A stretch of 64,000 nucleotides of DNA from Chlorokybus atmophyticus (GCA_009103225.1 RHPI01002823.1:257104-321103); one strand, 5' to 3'; counted from the stretch's first letter, positions 45,101 to 60,081 are shown. Notes: generated from the sequence alone by a model not told the origin. Translations and numbers: made by a program.

Positions 45101-48100
45101 CTTCGCGCAGAGCGACAAGGACAAGAGCGGCGGCCTCGACCGCGATGAGCTCGCGAGGCTCCTCCGCAAGGCCGTCCCGGACATCATCCCAACACAAGTG
45201 AGTGGATGTTGTTGGTTGAGGTAGTGGGATTGATGGTTGTTGAGTGTTGGGTTGGCGTGGGTGCGCAGGTGGCGCATGTGATGGCCATGGTGCAGAGAGA
45301 TGGAGAACGAAGCGTGTCGTATAGGGAGTTGGTGGATGGCGTGGCGGATGCACGAAGGGCATACGCAGCTGTCCGCTTGGACGGTGAGCTTGTTGAATTG
45401 TTGTGTGAGTGACTCTGCGTGCGTGTGTGTAAGGTCAACTCCACAACAACGCATGTTGTGACGTTGTTCGTGTGTGTGTGTGCGCATGCGCATGTGTGTT
45501 GTTGAGGTGTGTGCTTTGCCATTGACACACATGCTCAGGTGCCAATGCCATATCGGTGAAGCGCGCCTCCTCCTCCTTCCTGTCCCTCGGCCCTCGCGCT
45601 CTCTCCCTCTTCAACTCTCACGACACCGATGCACACGGTACCCTCCCCGCCCCCCAACTCGCCCGCATGCTCTCCTCCCTCACCCCGGACCTCACCTCGG
45701 CTGATATCCGCGAGGTCCTCGCGTTCATACAGCTGAGTGATGTGAATGATGATGGGAGGATATCGTTCACGGAGCTCAAGATGGCGCTGACACCAAGAGG
45801 GGAGAAGGTGGGGTTGAGTGGTGATATCCGCAGCACAACCACAATGGCTCAGAAATCTGCACCTGCGCGATATCCACTGCCTCAGGAGTATTCGGCTATG
45901 CGGTATCAACAGTCGCAACCACAACCACAATATCAGCAGCAAGAGATGGCGAATATCAATGCACTGCACAGCCACACGCAGCAGCAACAGGCAGCGACAC
46001 AGTTGCGATATCATCATCAGCAGCAGCCTTACGGTGATATCCGCCCCAGCTCCAATGTAGCCGCAGCAACAGCAGCTGCTGCTGCTGGTTCAACAAATCA
46101 GGAGCAGATGGTGTTGATATACACTGTTGGGCAAGATGGCGCTGCGGGACGGATGATATCGGTTCCCATCTCCCAACTGCCCTCTCAGATACCTGTCATA
46201 CCCTCCCAAGTGCATGCCAAGATACCCCAGACACCGAACCACATACCCTCTCAGGCGATACCGCAGGTGGTGGCACCTCAGATGCACACGCATGAAATCA
46301 GTGCGACCAGTGAGCAGAGCCTGGCGGCGAAGAAACGCATGCAGGAGATTGAAGAGCAGATGCAGAAGCTGAGGTCCCGGACAAAGGTAACACGCGAACG
46401 TATGCAGTGACACTTGACAGCATGTGCGGTTAGACACAGGTGCACATGCATACACAAGCGTGCACACGCTTGCATGCCATCGTGCGCACACGCTGTGAAC
46501 TGCCGGCAAAGTTTGCATGCTCTATCTCACGTTCACACATACACCTATCAGGAGCTGGAAGAGACCATAACCGAGGAGCGTCGTCTCCGCGAGCGCGCCG
46601 TTCGCTCCCACGAGGACAGCGACCGCGTCTCCCGTCGCCAGTGGGAGGACCAGGTTTTAAGTCTGAGGAAGCAGCTCGAGAGGGTCGTTGCCGAGGGCGG
46701 GAGTGAGAGTGTGCGCGAGGCCCTGAGCGAGATGAGGATGGAGAAGGAGGGGATGGCGAGGGAGGTCAGGGAGAAAGGACGAGAGGTGGAGGAAGTGAGG
46801 AGGGAGAGGGATGAGGTGATGAGAGAGAGTAAAGAGGCGATGCAGGTGCGTGTGAGCATAAGTGTAGCTCATCAAGTGTGTGTGTCTATGTGCATGCATG
46901 GGTGCGAGCGTGTGGATGTCGCTTTGTCTATGTTTGTGCATGCATGCGTGCGTGCAAGCCTCTGTATGTGCATGTCCTTATATGTATGCGCGCGTGCGTA
47001 TCTGCACTTGTGTTTGTGCGTGCGTGTGTGCGTGTGGTTGGGTGGTCGAGCGAGTTGGTGCGCGTGTGTTCTGTGTTCTGTGTCCATGTACATTCAGAAG
47101 CTAACACCCGTCTCGTTCTCCCTCCCTGCCAGGCGAAGGCGGAAGCCGAGCGGAAAGCAGCAAAGCGTAAGAAAGAAGTGGCGCAGTTGCAGCGACAGAT
47201 GCAAGAACGCACGCAACAGGCCTCTCAGAACCAACAGGTAGCTGTTGGTTGACACCACGCAAGTGGACCTGAACCCGTTTTGATACAACTCCTTTCTCAG
47301 GCTCAAGCGCAGGAAGTGGAAAGGTTGGAAGCTGAATTGCGCCATCTCGCGGGGATGGTTCGCGCGCTCCAATCAACAACAACAAGAAGTAGTAATATGG
47401 TGGTCCCGCACCAGGCCGATTACCAGACCCACAGACCCCAAGTCCTGGGACTGACCAGTCCGGAGCCGACCAGTCCCGGGACTTCTTTCACTCAGGGATG
47501 GCACAGTCCCGGGACAAGGCTTGACAAGCCGTACAGTCGAGTCCCGGGACCTGCCAGTAATCCTCGTCCTGGTCCTGGTCCCATCCCTGCTAGGCCCAAA
47601 ACAAGAAGACCTGTCCCGGGACCGGAAAGAGACCCGCAGGACTCTGATACGGACTTTATGGATGCCACGAGCACGAGACCAAATTTGGGCAGCCCAAGGA
47701 TTATTGAGAGTACGCATGGCAGGCATAAACCAGATAGGAAACGGCACCATCATGACAAACAACAGCATAATCACGAAGATAGAGCTGGCAACAACCATAA
47801 CCATCTGCATCATCAAGGGCCAGCACCTGAGCACGAGCACGAGCGGGAGCGCGAGGGTGAGGTTGCTTATATGCAAAGACTGCTGGATACTGCGACTCAG
47901 GGTGAGAGAGACTGTTGTCCAGTCATTTACATAAGTACATGTGCATGTACACTTGCGTGCATGCATGTGCGCGTGCGCGTGTGTGCGTGCATGCAAGCAC
48001 ATGTCCATATACACATGTGCGCATCTGCTTGTCTGTATGCCTTTGTGTGCATTCGTTACAGAGCTTTTGCTGCAGAGCGCGCGCATGCAGAGAAGGCAGC

Positions 48101-48419
48101 ATTGTGGTTCGAAGAGAGTTTGAACGAGACTACAAAACACTATGCAAGGGAGGTGGGGCAGCTCAGACAGCAGTTGGCAACGCTCACGATGGCCACACAA
48201 CCATCACACGCGCAAGTCCCACATATACCTCCTCCTGGTCCTGCTCACAGCCAACCCAACCACAACCAACACCTGCCTTGGGACTATCAGCGATCGCAGG
48301 CGCAGCAACAGCAGCAGCAGCAACAACTACAACAACTACAACCACAACCACAACTGCACCCTGCATCATATGCCAGTACCGGTAGGTTGCCATATCCAAC
48401 GCACACTTACACACCGTAG
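42132..48419 (+). CDS. Large protein with four IQ motifs, EF-hands and coiled coils
   Basis: IQARMRGHLTR, IQAHLRGHLAR, IQRHVRGHLAR, IQAHVRGHITR; EF loops DKDKSGGLDRDEL and DVNDDGRISFTEL; E/R-rich coiled-coil exons; phase-consistent early introns. The start codon is uncertain. Confidence 0.75.
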
Positions 48420-49220
48420 TAGCCGCTCAAGTTGGCATGTTCTGATAGCAGTATTGTAGTTGAGTAGATCTGTGCGCAAGGTTGTGAGCGTCGCTGCTAT
48501 ACACATGCTGCCCACTTAGCACACGGCAAACTAACGGACACTACGCAACTGCTCCCCGTATAAGTACATATATACATCAGTAAAGTATAGATGATACGAC
48601 GTGCACCTTCGCAAGTCTAGCCGCTTTGGATATGCAATGACCCAAACATTGTTCGCATCTCCTCCCCTCCCCTCCCCGCAAGGAGGCAATGACAGTAATT
48701 GTATGTGCATTGACATGGGGTTGTGGAGTTTGCAGTGCCATTCCTCATCATACGTACATCAACGACATGGGTATGTGGTAGTCCACTACAGTCTAAAAGG
48801 GGGGGGGGGGGGACACAAGTTGTCACACAACAGGAGGGCACTATGATGTACAACTGCATCCCTCGGAAATAGGCCTCCCCATTCATTCATTCATTCATTA
48901 TTTGCATCATCATACTTGGTCAGCCTATACACAGCCGTGCCAGCATGTCCTGTGGCAACATGATGGGCCCGTCACTGACGAGACTGAGCGAGTCAGCGCT
49001 GGCGGCGGTAGTCAGCCCGCTTGACAGCTGTCAAGGCAGCAAGCTGATTCAAGCACAACATGGCGCTTGCCTGCCGGTCGGCCAGCTGCTTTGTCGTCTC
49101 GCATAGAGCACCGGGCTTGAGGTTGGAAGCGACTTCCTTGGGTCACAGGCCTCGTCCTTGTCCTTGTTGTCCTGTTGCTTCTTCTCCACCGCCGCCGCCG
49201 CCATAGTCGCTCCTGTGTCA

Positions 49221-50711
<1,491 letters not shown>

Positions 50712-51691
50712 ATAGCTGGGTGTCTGGAAGTGCTGCTCCCTGTCACAGCTGCAGCAACTCGTGAACTAGCTGTTTCACAAGTTACTGTGGCGTCTGGACA
50801 TCAGGTGTGTATAAGGGTGGCAAGTGCTGGCAGCAGCCGTGGTGGGAGGGCTTTTGTGGGAGTGTACATACAGTAGCTTTTAGGGTTGATAGATCAGTAT
50901 GTGTGCGTGTACGTGCAAGATGCGTTGAAAGGATAATACACGAAAGCGAGCACTGTGAATGACGCGTTTTGCTCCTATGGTGATGTGCATTGGGATTGGG
51001 AACTGCTAGCCTTCAGCGTTAAGTGCATGCATGTCATGATACTGTATTTCATCAGCCCCCCGCCCCCGCACGTGTTCCCCTCAGCAGACGAGAGGGGGGA
51101 AGCCTCACCTTTACATCTGCCTCGCAGTGCCTCCCGCATGATGGTGCTGGCGTGCAGGTTATTGACAACGTGCATGCTGGTGTGACTAACGGGGTAGGGA
51201 ATTAGCTAGAATGTTAGGTAGCGTTAGGAGTAGCCCGGTGGTGAGTTGTTGGTATGAAATTGCATGTGCTGTGTATAACAGGTTTGCTGTTGTGCCATTG
51301 CATTCATGGTGTGCTTGCTGCTATGCTTGACATTGCGTGTGCTTAACACCATGCATGTCACTAATCTAGCATACTATCTCTGATACACGCGCCGTTGTTG
51401 GGTTTGATGTGCGCCGCACACAATCCTGGCTTGGTTTCAAGTACACAAACGGTCGTGCTGCAGGTAATGGTGCGTGCATGCATGCATGTCAAACGGGGTT
51501 GGGCTAGTAGTGAACTTAGGTAGGTAATGAGTAGGTGCAACGCTTGGTGGTGACTGTAAGTGTCGAGTGCTGTGGTATGTTGCTTGCGTTGCATGCCTCA
51601 CACGCTCATGCATGCCACAGTCCCTGCACCATTAATGTTATACATTAAGCGCCCGACACGGACGGTGTTGCAGCAATTGCTGACGCGCGGA

Positions 51692-51730
51692 GGGGGGGGG
51701 GGGGGGGNGGGGGGGGGGGGGGGGGGGGGG
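51692..51730. repeat. Poly-G tract
   Basis: Direct sequence; contains one N. Confidence 0.9.
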
Positions 51731-52137
51731 CTATGCAAACTAGGGGTAGCGGATTTTAGGTGCATGGTTGGCGTGTAATACTATGCTACTGCTCTTTGCA
51801 TGTTCCATATATGGGCAATTGTGTCTTGCATGTTGTGTACAAAGCATGTTCACATGTGCTCTGTTGCTGCATTGCCACACAAGCACAGGTAGGGCTGATT
51901 GCAATAGCATAGAAGCTCTTAAACACCAACATTTCAACACGTGGCAAACAGTTCCCGACCACTGGTTAAGTATGGCATACTTAACCAACACCAAAACACA
52001 ACACAATAGCAGCCCCCATCACAGACAGCGACGCGTAAGCCAACTACGCTACTCCTGCCAACGCTGCGTCCTCCTCCAGTGTTGGTGCAGCGGGCCCCAC
52101 CTTGGGACGGCCACCACCGCAGCCGCTCCTCTCTTAA

Positions 52138-52782
52138 CACTAGGGATGTAAATGTACACTTAAGTGTACATGTACACTTAAGTGTACATTTAAATGGCCC
52201 TCCTTGGCACGGGCTTCTTGGCCGGCGGTGATGTGACAATGCAACATGTCACATCTCGTTGGATAGCTCTCGGCGTGACGTGTCGAGGAAAAGTAACCGC
52301 GTCGCAATCGGCGCAGAGGTTTGAAAGTAATAAATTTTAATGTCTGACACTGTGATTAGGGTTTGCTGAACGGACCCCGTGGAGGGACCCGTCGGGTTCA
52401 CTCAAATAGGAATAACTTCTTATAGAGAAGGAATCTTGTAACAAGTTACCAGCGAAAGTTGTTCTACTCGACGAGAGCTATCCAACGAGCTCATGAATGC
52501 CGCGGAATTCCTACAAATGCAGCCGTAACGACGCTTTGAATGCCTTTGCATAACTGTACACAAAAGTGTGCAGTGACTTTTGCCATTTTGGTCGCTTACC
52601 AAACTGTAACTTGTAACACAAGTGGCCAATCAAGCTACAACTTTGCACACTAGTTGTTTACAATGTTAGCAATGTGTGCACAAAGTGTTAGCTTGAAGTG
52701 TGAAGGTTTGCAATTGTTATAACAATGCCTAGCAGATGAGATAAATGTACACTTGAGTGTACATTTATCTACATCCCTAGTG
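52138..52782. mobile_element. Non-autonomous piggyBac-like element (645 bp)
   Basis: TTAA at both flanks (52134-37 and 52783-86), 13-bp TIR CACTAGGGATGTA, subterminal ATGTACACT palindromes at both ends, no ORF. Confidence 0.85.
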
Positions 52783-53702
52783 TTAATAGTCACTAGCCTA
52801 GTTGCCATATAATTAATTATTTTCATCGCATATCACAAGCGTTTGCATCGTTGACTATACCTGTTAACGCATTCATAATATCAACACGTCGTGGTGAAAA
52901 CTTTTCACTACACTACATTATGCCGTCATCCTAGATACAACATTCAATGTTTATAATTGTCATACGATAATTCGATGTTTACCATGCATTTTATTGTCAA
53001 CAAGTAGTCCACTGCAATTTATGTCCTTGCAGTACCCCATGCCATATCATATTACTTTGTTGCATACACATGCTTCATACAACACAGTGTGGCATGTTTT
53101 TATTTTAATTTATTTTTAATTCATCTCGACACGCAAACAATGTATGATGAAATGCATATGATGCGTTACATTTTATACATACCGCCATGACCTTATTACA
53201 CAAATCGCTGTCTGGAAGTGGTATTCAATTGCATGCTCTCGGATAATCAATTTGAAACCTTACAACTAGCATGCCTCAATGTATCATTTCCCTCAATCGT
53301 TCAGCATCCCTACACGCAATGCATCTAACAAAACAATAGCTCGCTTTGTTGCAGCATGTCGGTTGTAGGAATACGGCGCGATCTCTCACTTGGGTGCATA
53401 GCCAGTTGGCGCCAAGCTGGAAAGGCCTCCAGTCCTAGTCAGCACCATGTTTCGGCCGTAGTTATGGGGGGTCAAAAAATGAACGGCAGCAGTCACAGCC
53501 GCAGGCAAGCCAGCCTAGCCGAGACATCAAGTGACGCGCGTCGTCAACCACCGATCTTCTCCGCAGTAGGGCAGCGCAGAACTGAGTGCATGGCAACTGA
53601 GATTGAGTGTAACCACTGCCTGTAACCACGTGCGCTTAACCACGAAAAGCAGGCAAGCAGCTGCAAGCAGCAGGCGGCGGCGGTGTTGGTGCCGGTGTAG
53701 CT

Positions 53703-56592
53703 ATGGGTGGATTGGTAGCTGCACAGGGCGTTGCCGTGAGAGCAGCCGTGTCCTGCTCTCCTGCTGCTGCTTCATCATCTACGCCAGCCGTAGCAGCTGC
53801 CAGGCGCCCTGCGCTGAGAGTTGCGCAGCAATGGACAGGCCTGCGTGTGGCGGCGACGCCGCCGGCCAGGACGCAGCTGGCAGGCTGCATGCAAAGCATG
53901 CGTAATGCAACCAGGCGGACGACCACAGTTGCGTCTGCCGGAAATGGCACAGCAACCGGGCCGTCCGGCCTCGCCATTGACCTCACCGGCAAGCGTGCGT
54001 TCATCGCCGGCGTCGCTGACGACCAGGGTTTCGGGTAAGCTAGCTGCCACCTTGTTTCATAACGTTGTGCATTGACACACAAAGCAAGACTTCTGTACAG
54101 TGTCGTTTCTTGCTGTACAATGACACTAAGAGAGGCAGCGTCTTGCATGCTGTCAGTGCCAGGCGTTTTGCACTTGTTTGTAGATTGGCATCTCGCGCAA
54201 CACATCACTCTATGTCAGTAATGCCACTGGTCTTTCACGCTCTTTCACTGGGCCATTAGTCGTAAGTACAGGCAACGCAATGTGCAGTGACATTTTATGT
54301 AGGATATTGTAAAAGTGTTACGGCATGGTTCTACATCATGGCTGCATTACAGTTGGTTGCAGTATCCAGTTGCAGAGTCAATGTTGCGTATTGCGAAACA
54401 GTCTCGCATGCTTGTTGTGTGCATGACACAGTGCCTTCTGCGCAGGTGGGCGATTGCAAAGGCGTTGAATGCAGCTGGCGCAGAGGTGCTGCTGGGCACA
54501 TGGGTGCCGGCTCTGAACATATTTGAAACCTCGCTGCGCCGAGGCAAGTTTGACGAGAGTAGGCAGCTTCCTAACGGTGGGATGCTGGAGATCGCCAAGG
54601 TGTACCCCCTCGATGCTGTGTTTGACAACCCAGAAGACGTCCCAGAAGAGGTGATTGTTTCAGAGACTATTAGAGACTACTGTGCGTGTGTGGGTGTGCT
54701 TGCATGTGAGTGCTTGTGTTGGTCAGTGTGATCGCAAAGGTTGTTGCGCATGCATGTGCACGTGTGCATGACAATGAGCAGCTGATGCCTGTTGTTACAA
54801 TCTAACGCCATTGTGCATGCGCAGATCGCAACCAATAAGCGATATGCTGGCTACCCCGGCTACACTGTGCAGGTGAGTTACGCTGCAAGTGTTGCGGTTT
54901 GCTGAAGTGGTCATGTACATATTTGCCACTGCATGCTGTTGCGTGCACAATGCGATTCGCCTGCATCTCGTTTCATCTAAAGACAGGAAAGAGTGATGTA
55001 TGCGCCAAGGGTTAGTGCACAGCAACATGCACGCAGTTAAAGCAACAACGCTTTGGCCAATGAAAATTGTCGGGTTGCCAGCGAGTACAATGTGCAATGC
55101 CAGTTGTAGTTGGAGTAATCGAATGGTCCTATCCGATTTGCTTGGTCGCTTTGGTGCATTCATTGACAATAACTTAGCTTTGTGGCATGTAACATATGCT
55201 GTCCTGCCTAAGTAGTCCATCGCAAGTCTGCAACAACTGCTGAGTTGACGCTCGACTCATTGGCAGGAGTGTGCAGATAAAGTGAAGGCGGATTATGGCT
55301 CAATAGACATTCTTGTGCACTCACTCGCAAACGGCCCCGAGGTACACGCGTTGTAGTAAACCGAAAGGTGTGGGCCAGCTAGCATGCACAGGTTGTACTT
55401 GTGTTAATGCTGTCATCGCCATTGCAACCTCACTCAGGTGCACATGCATTGCGAACTTTATCCACACGAGAGAGTCAACACGTGCATATAAACCTTGCTT
55501 CCATCATCAACTTCATCTGTCAACGTGGGCGGCATGCAGGTGGCAAAACCATTGCTTGAGACATCGCGCAAGGGCTATCTTGCCGCCGCGAGCGCGTCGT
55601 CTTACTCGTATGTCAGCCTGCTTCAGCGGTTCGGCCCTCTGATGAGGCCCGGTGGCTCAGCCCTCAGCTTGACGTACATTGCATCAGAGAAAATTATTCC
55701 GGGGTAAGCTCATTCGCAAGCTCATTCGCACACAGCCTCACATGCACAGACGCATGGACACTTCTGCATGCACACAGAAATACACATGCAGGCATGCGCG
55801 GGTGCATGTGCATGCACTCACACACGTGCGCGTGCACGCGCGTGCTCATGTAAGTGCGCGTGCATTGACCAGTAGTGATTCATCTTTATGGCTTCCGCAG
55901 CTATGGTGGTGGTATGAGCTCAGCAAAGGCGGCACTTGAGAGCGACACAAGGGTCAGTCGTAATACCATCAGATGCATTGTCATAGTGGCTCAATGATGG
56001 CTCCCTAGCGCATTGTCGTTGTAGCAGTCCCCTGTCTGTGTACATGCCATGAGCTTGTGCATGTACAGGTGCTCGCCTGGGAAGCTGGGCGCAAGTGGGG
56101 TCTGAGGGTAAACACAATATCCGCAGGTAGGTGTAAGATGGTGAAATAGTTGTACATCCATAGCAAGCAGCAAAGCTTTATGCATGTGTGCCGACATGCA
56201 TGAAGGCACGCACAGAGCTGACCCATGCATGCGCATAGGCCCATTAAGAAGTAGGGCTGCCAAGGCAATCGGTTTTATTGACGACATGATCAACTATGCG
56301 GAGGCCAACTCACCGCTGACAACCCCATTAGAGTCAGGTTTGACATCAGTGCAACCCAACATTGGCTGATCAGTTGCGCCATCAGGAGGTTGTATCAACA
56401 CGCTATGTCTGTGTCGCAGACAATGTTGGCAGTGTTGCTGCCTTCTTGGCATCCCCGCTTGCGTCTGCCATCACAGGCGTGACGCTGTATGTTGACAATG
56501 GCCTTCATGCAATGGGCTTGGCTGTCAACTCACCTTCACTGTCGGTCCCGGCACCGCCTCCGTCACCTGCACCAGAGCCTGTAGCCAAATAG
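53703..56592 (+). CDS. ENR: Plastid enoyl-ACP reductase (NADH), plant ENR/MOD1 type, with transit peptide
   Basis: [20 protein letters not shown]|WAIAKAL..AGAE...[23 protein letters not shown]; [32 protein letters not shown]; [12 protein letters not shown]; [16 protein letters not shown]; [11 protein letters not shown]. Confidence 0.96.
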
Positions 56593-57518
56593 ATCATGCA
56601 CAAACCTTTGGAATTATATTGGTAGCATCTTTACTGATTGTGCTTACAGCGTACACTGCGTACCTGCCTTTGGCTTGGTTTGGTTTGGAGAGGACTGTCA
56701 TTCTCAATAGCGAGGTTGCAAGCGATATTGGACATATGGCTCATGCAGTGTTGGCATTCAATGTCCACATGTTTACAGCAATAACCCGACAGTTCAACAG
56801 CGGCCTAATGCTCATACCTACTCTATAGCAACACCCAACCATCACCACCAATCTGTACAATCATATCGTGTACTGCTTTTTGTGAGTAGACCACCAGCCC
56901 ACATATTGAGGAATGGGTTGTCCATATTGACGCAAGTAATCACATGCCACAATCCTTGCAATCTATGTATTATACAACATCTTGCTGGTGGATTTAGAGA
57001 CATCTCAGCACGTATCTCCAAATCCACTAGCATTTGCGTGCTACTAACCTAGCATACCAACTGATGTACACAGCTACTGGCGGCATATCCTGTACACTGT
57101 CATCATGTGAGCCAACAGTAGTGCCATTTAGAACACTAGTAACACAGCAAAGTGGCAAAACTCGTGCAGCAACAGAAACTCTGTCTGTTTTGTACCAATA
57201 AAGAAGAAACCAACCACATAGTGTTCAGGCACCCAACTCTAAACAGCAACACTGAACTAAAGTCCCAACTAAAACCGCTCCCACACACCTCTGCAAACAC
57301 ACAAGCTTTGATACGATCTAAACCAAAACCTCTCTCTCAGTAAAGATGCAATCCTACTACTTACTGTACACGCAGCTAACCAAAGCAAAAAATAAAGATG
57401 TATACTAATACAACGAAGGATATATAATGGCGTTCTGCTCCAGAAGGCCTTGTGCTCTCATAGTGTTGATGTGCAGATGTTCCATGCTGCTCCCTCGTGA
57501 GATGCCTCCTCAGGCCCC

Positions 57519-59554
57519 TTACACCACAACATCACGAAACCAAGGATGCTTGAGGGCGGCTACGGCGGATATCCGTTTGCCAGGATCATAGCACAAAAAT
57601 TGCTGCACAAGCCAAGGCAGTCAGCCTTAAGCATGAGGCATAACAACAAGTCCTGAAGTAAGAGTTTTGCCGTGACGCATGCTCACCTGTAGCAAGTCGA
57701 GGCCGTCCGTGTCTAAGCCTTGCACAATGCTGTCCAGCGGCTAAGGACAAGACACGTATGGTAGTCAGTGAGCGCCAATCAGTTGCTGTTTACTCGACCG
57801 TGCCCCGATATGCATGTTGCTTTACGGCTAAACCCCTTACCCTTCCACTCCAGTTCGGGAATGTGCTTTGGTAATCTGGAAGCTGCGTCACGCCAGGCCA
57901 GACTTCCTCAGTCGGAGTGCCCAACACTTGAAACATGCGGTAGAGCTGGTCAATCTCAGAATCCCCAGGAAACAGAGCTTGGCCTCGCCACAGTTCTGCC
58001 ATGATGCACCTGTGCAAGGGTTATGTCGCGTCAATGTTTGTGTGGATGGTTGTGACTGCACCAGAAACATACAGGGACAGGCCACAAAGTGTATTCCGGC
58101 AAACAAAGAGCAGCACAGCACATGATGCAAGTGCTGGTAATGCCGGGCGTAAGCCAGACAGCTCCGCTGCACATTAAGCTCAAGCAATTACTATACATAC
58201 CCGATGCTCCACAGATCAACGGGAGTGGAATAGCTTTTGGAGCCTAGTAGGATCTCCGGCGCTCTGTACCACAGCGTGACCACCTCATGCGTGTAGCTGC
58301 GGACCTGTACACAAGGACACATCCCGCATAAGCCAATCAGCCACAAAACGTGCACATAACTTATGGCAATGCCAAGTTGCTAGTCTCTGTTACCGGAATG
58401 CCAAAGGTTCTGGCGAGGCCGAAATCCGCGAGCTTGACCACATCCCTTGCGCGATCCAGCAGTAGGTTCTGCGGCTTCAAGTCCCGATGGAAAACACGCT
58501 TCCCGTGACAGAACGCAATGGCCTTCAGCATCTGTCACATTAGCAATGTCACAATGCTGCGCTGCACATGCATATTGGCATTTGATAACCCAACAACCCA
58601 ACCCTACCTGGAACACGTAGCGGCGGATGGTCCGCACATTGCGTGTGAGGCCTGGGAATGTGTCCATGTGCTTCTTAAGGTCGAGGTCCAGGTACTCAAA
58701 GACCAGGTACAGCTTATCGTCATAATGAACGACATCCTGCGCAAACAGATTACGGATTGAAGACCATGCAATGCAGACCATACATCATACAGTACACCTT
58801 GATACACATAGCACAATGCATGATACACACAAGACCGGTAGGTCGATGAGAGAATACACCTGCAGTGAGACGATGTGGTCATGCTGTAGGTCTTTAAGGA
58901 GAGATATCTCACGGATTGCGAAAGAGGGCACGCCCTCGTCCTCAGCTTCGAGGCGAATCTTCTTAAGCGCGATGGTCTCGCTCGTCGTGCGGTTGCGCGC
59001 CTTGTACACCACGCCATACGTACCCTCACCTATCTTCTCCTCCTTCTCATACTGCAATAGGAAAATAGACACAACGTCAGATCTGAATCCAGCATTTGAC
59101 GATCAACTATGGACTGTTGTTTACAACTCGGCAATCTTGCAGCAACGCAAAACAGCATTACTGTGATCAGCTCGACTGATTGATCACAAGCAGCGCATCC
59201 AACCGGGCAAGCATGCGAGGAAGCCAGGCCAAAGGCACCAACAGAGCTTCACCCATGAGCAAGCGAGCACTGCTTTACTTGTAGCTCGCAACTAGTCTGC
59301 GACAACCCTACGCGCAAGTTTCAGCTAATCTGAGGGTTGTGGACCAGACAGCAAAGCAGCAGAGCATAGCCAGCTGGATGACCCAGGCGCCAGCTTGTTG
59401 CCAGGCCAGCATGGACCAAGCAAGTGCAGAGCATCCCAGCTACAGCTACCTGCCCTGAGCAATGCCGGCTGCATAGCTTCTACGACACATGCCCAATAGC
59501 CCAGATCAGACCAAACCATGCCAGATCAGATCAAATCAGACGCACCTTCTCCAT
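57519..59554 (-). CDS. Cyclin-dependent kinase, CDKA/CDK1-like, with variant cyclin-binding motif PSFAIRE
   Basis: MEK|[18 protein letters not shown]...[17 protein letters not shown]; HRDLKPQN; [11 protein letters not shown]|[17 protein letters not shown]; [10 protein letters not shown]; [18 protein letters not shown]. Confidence 0.93.
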
Positions 59555-59768
59555 GCTGCTGCCGCCGCCGCCGCCTGCACAGGAGGGAGGGGCAGCTGCA
59601 CCTCTCTCGCATGAGACACCAGGCTGAAGATGACCACCGCACAGCTGAACCAATCTGCAAGCCCAGCTGCAGCAGCAGGAGAAAGCAACCAGACCAACGA
59701 CCCCGACCACCCCGCCGCCAACAACGCCGCCGCCGCTGACCGCGACGCTGTCACACAGCAGTGGCTTT

Positions 59769-59780
59769 ATTCCCGCCAAA
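59769..59780. promoter_or_regulatory. E2F-type site (TTCCCGCCAAA) upstream of the CDK
   Basis: Matches the plant E2F consensus on both strands (TTCCCGCC / TTTGGCGG), ~220 bp upstream of the CDK ATG. A second TTTGCCCG lies at ~59894-59901. Confidence 0.45.
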
Positions 59781-60081
59781 GCTGAGAGCTAAGCTCAAGC
59801 TAGAGACAGAAGCTCAAGAAGCGGGTAAAGTAAACTACTTGCGCGTCGGCGGACTTTTTGCAAATCGCGGGCCGCAAATTACATCCATGGGTTAGCGGGC
59901 AAATACTCGTACTTTTGAGGGAATCACCCCGCGTGGCGGGCAGTTACATGCGGTTGGGAAATCGAGATTGCAGCTATCAGCAACCGTTGTTGAAGGCCGC
60001 CTGGATATTATCTCTACTGCAGAAGTCTTTGAGCGGTAAAGTGCAGACTTTTGACACGCTGCTGGTTAGCTCTCTGACCAC

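Noticed and set aside
42529-47252. Numerous Cys/Val/Ala/His-rich ORFs (CVCVRA, HTHAH)
   Set aside because: They are translations of the (GT/CA)- and GCAT-rich intron sequence typical of this genome.
51692-51730. Poly-G as a functional G-quadruplex element
   Set aside because: A homopolymer containing an N, with unreliable length and no supporting context.
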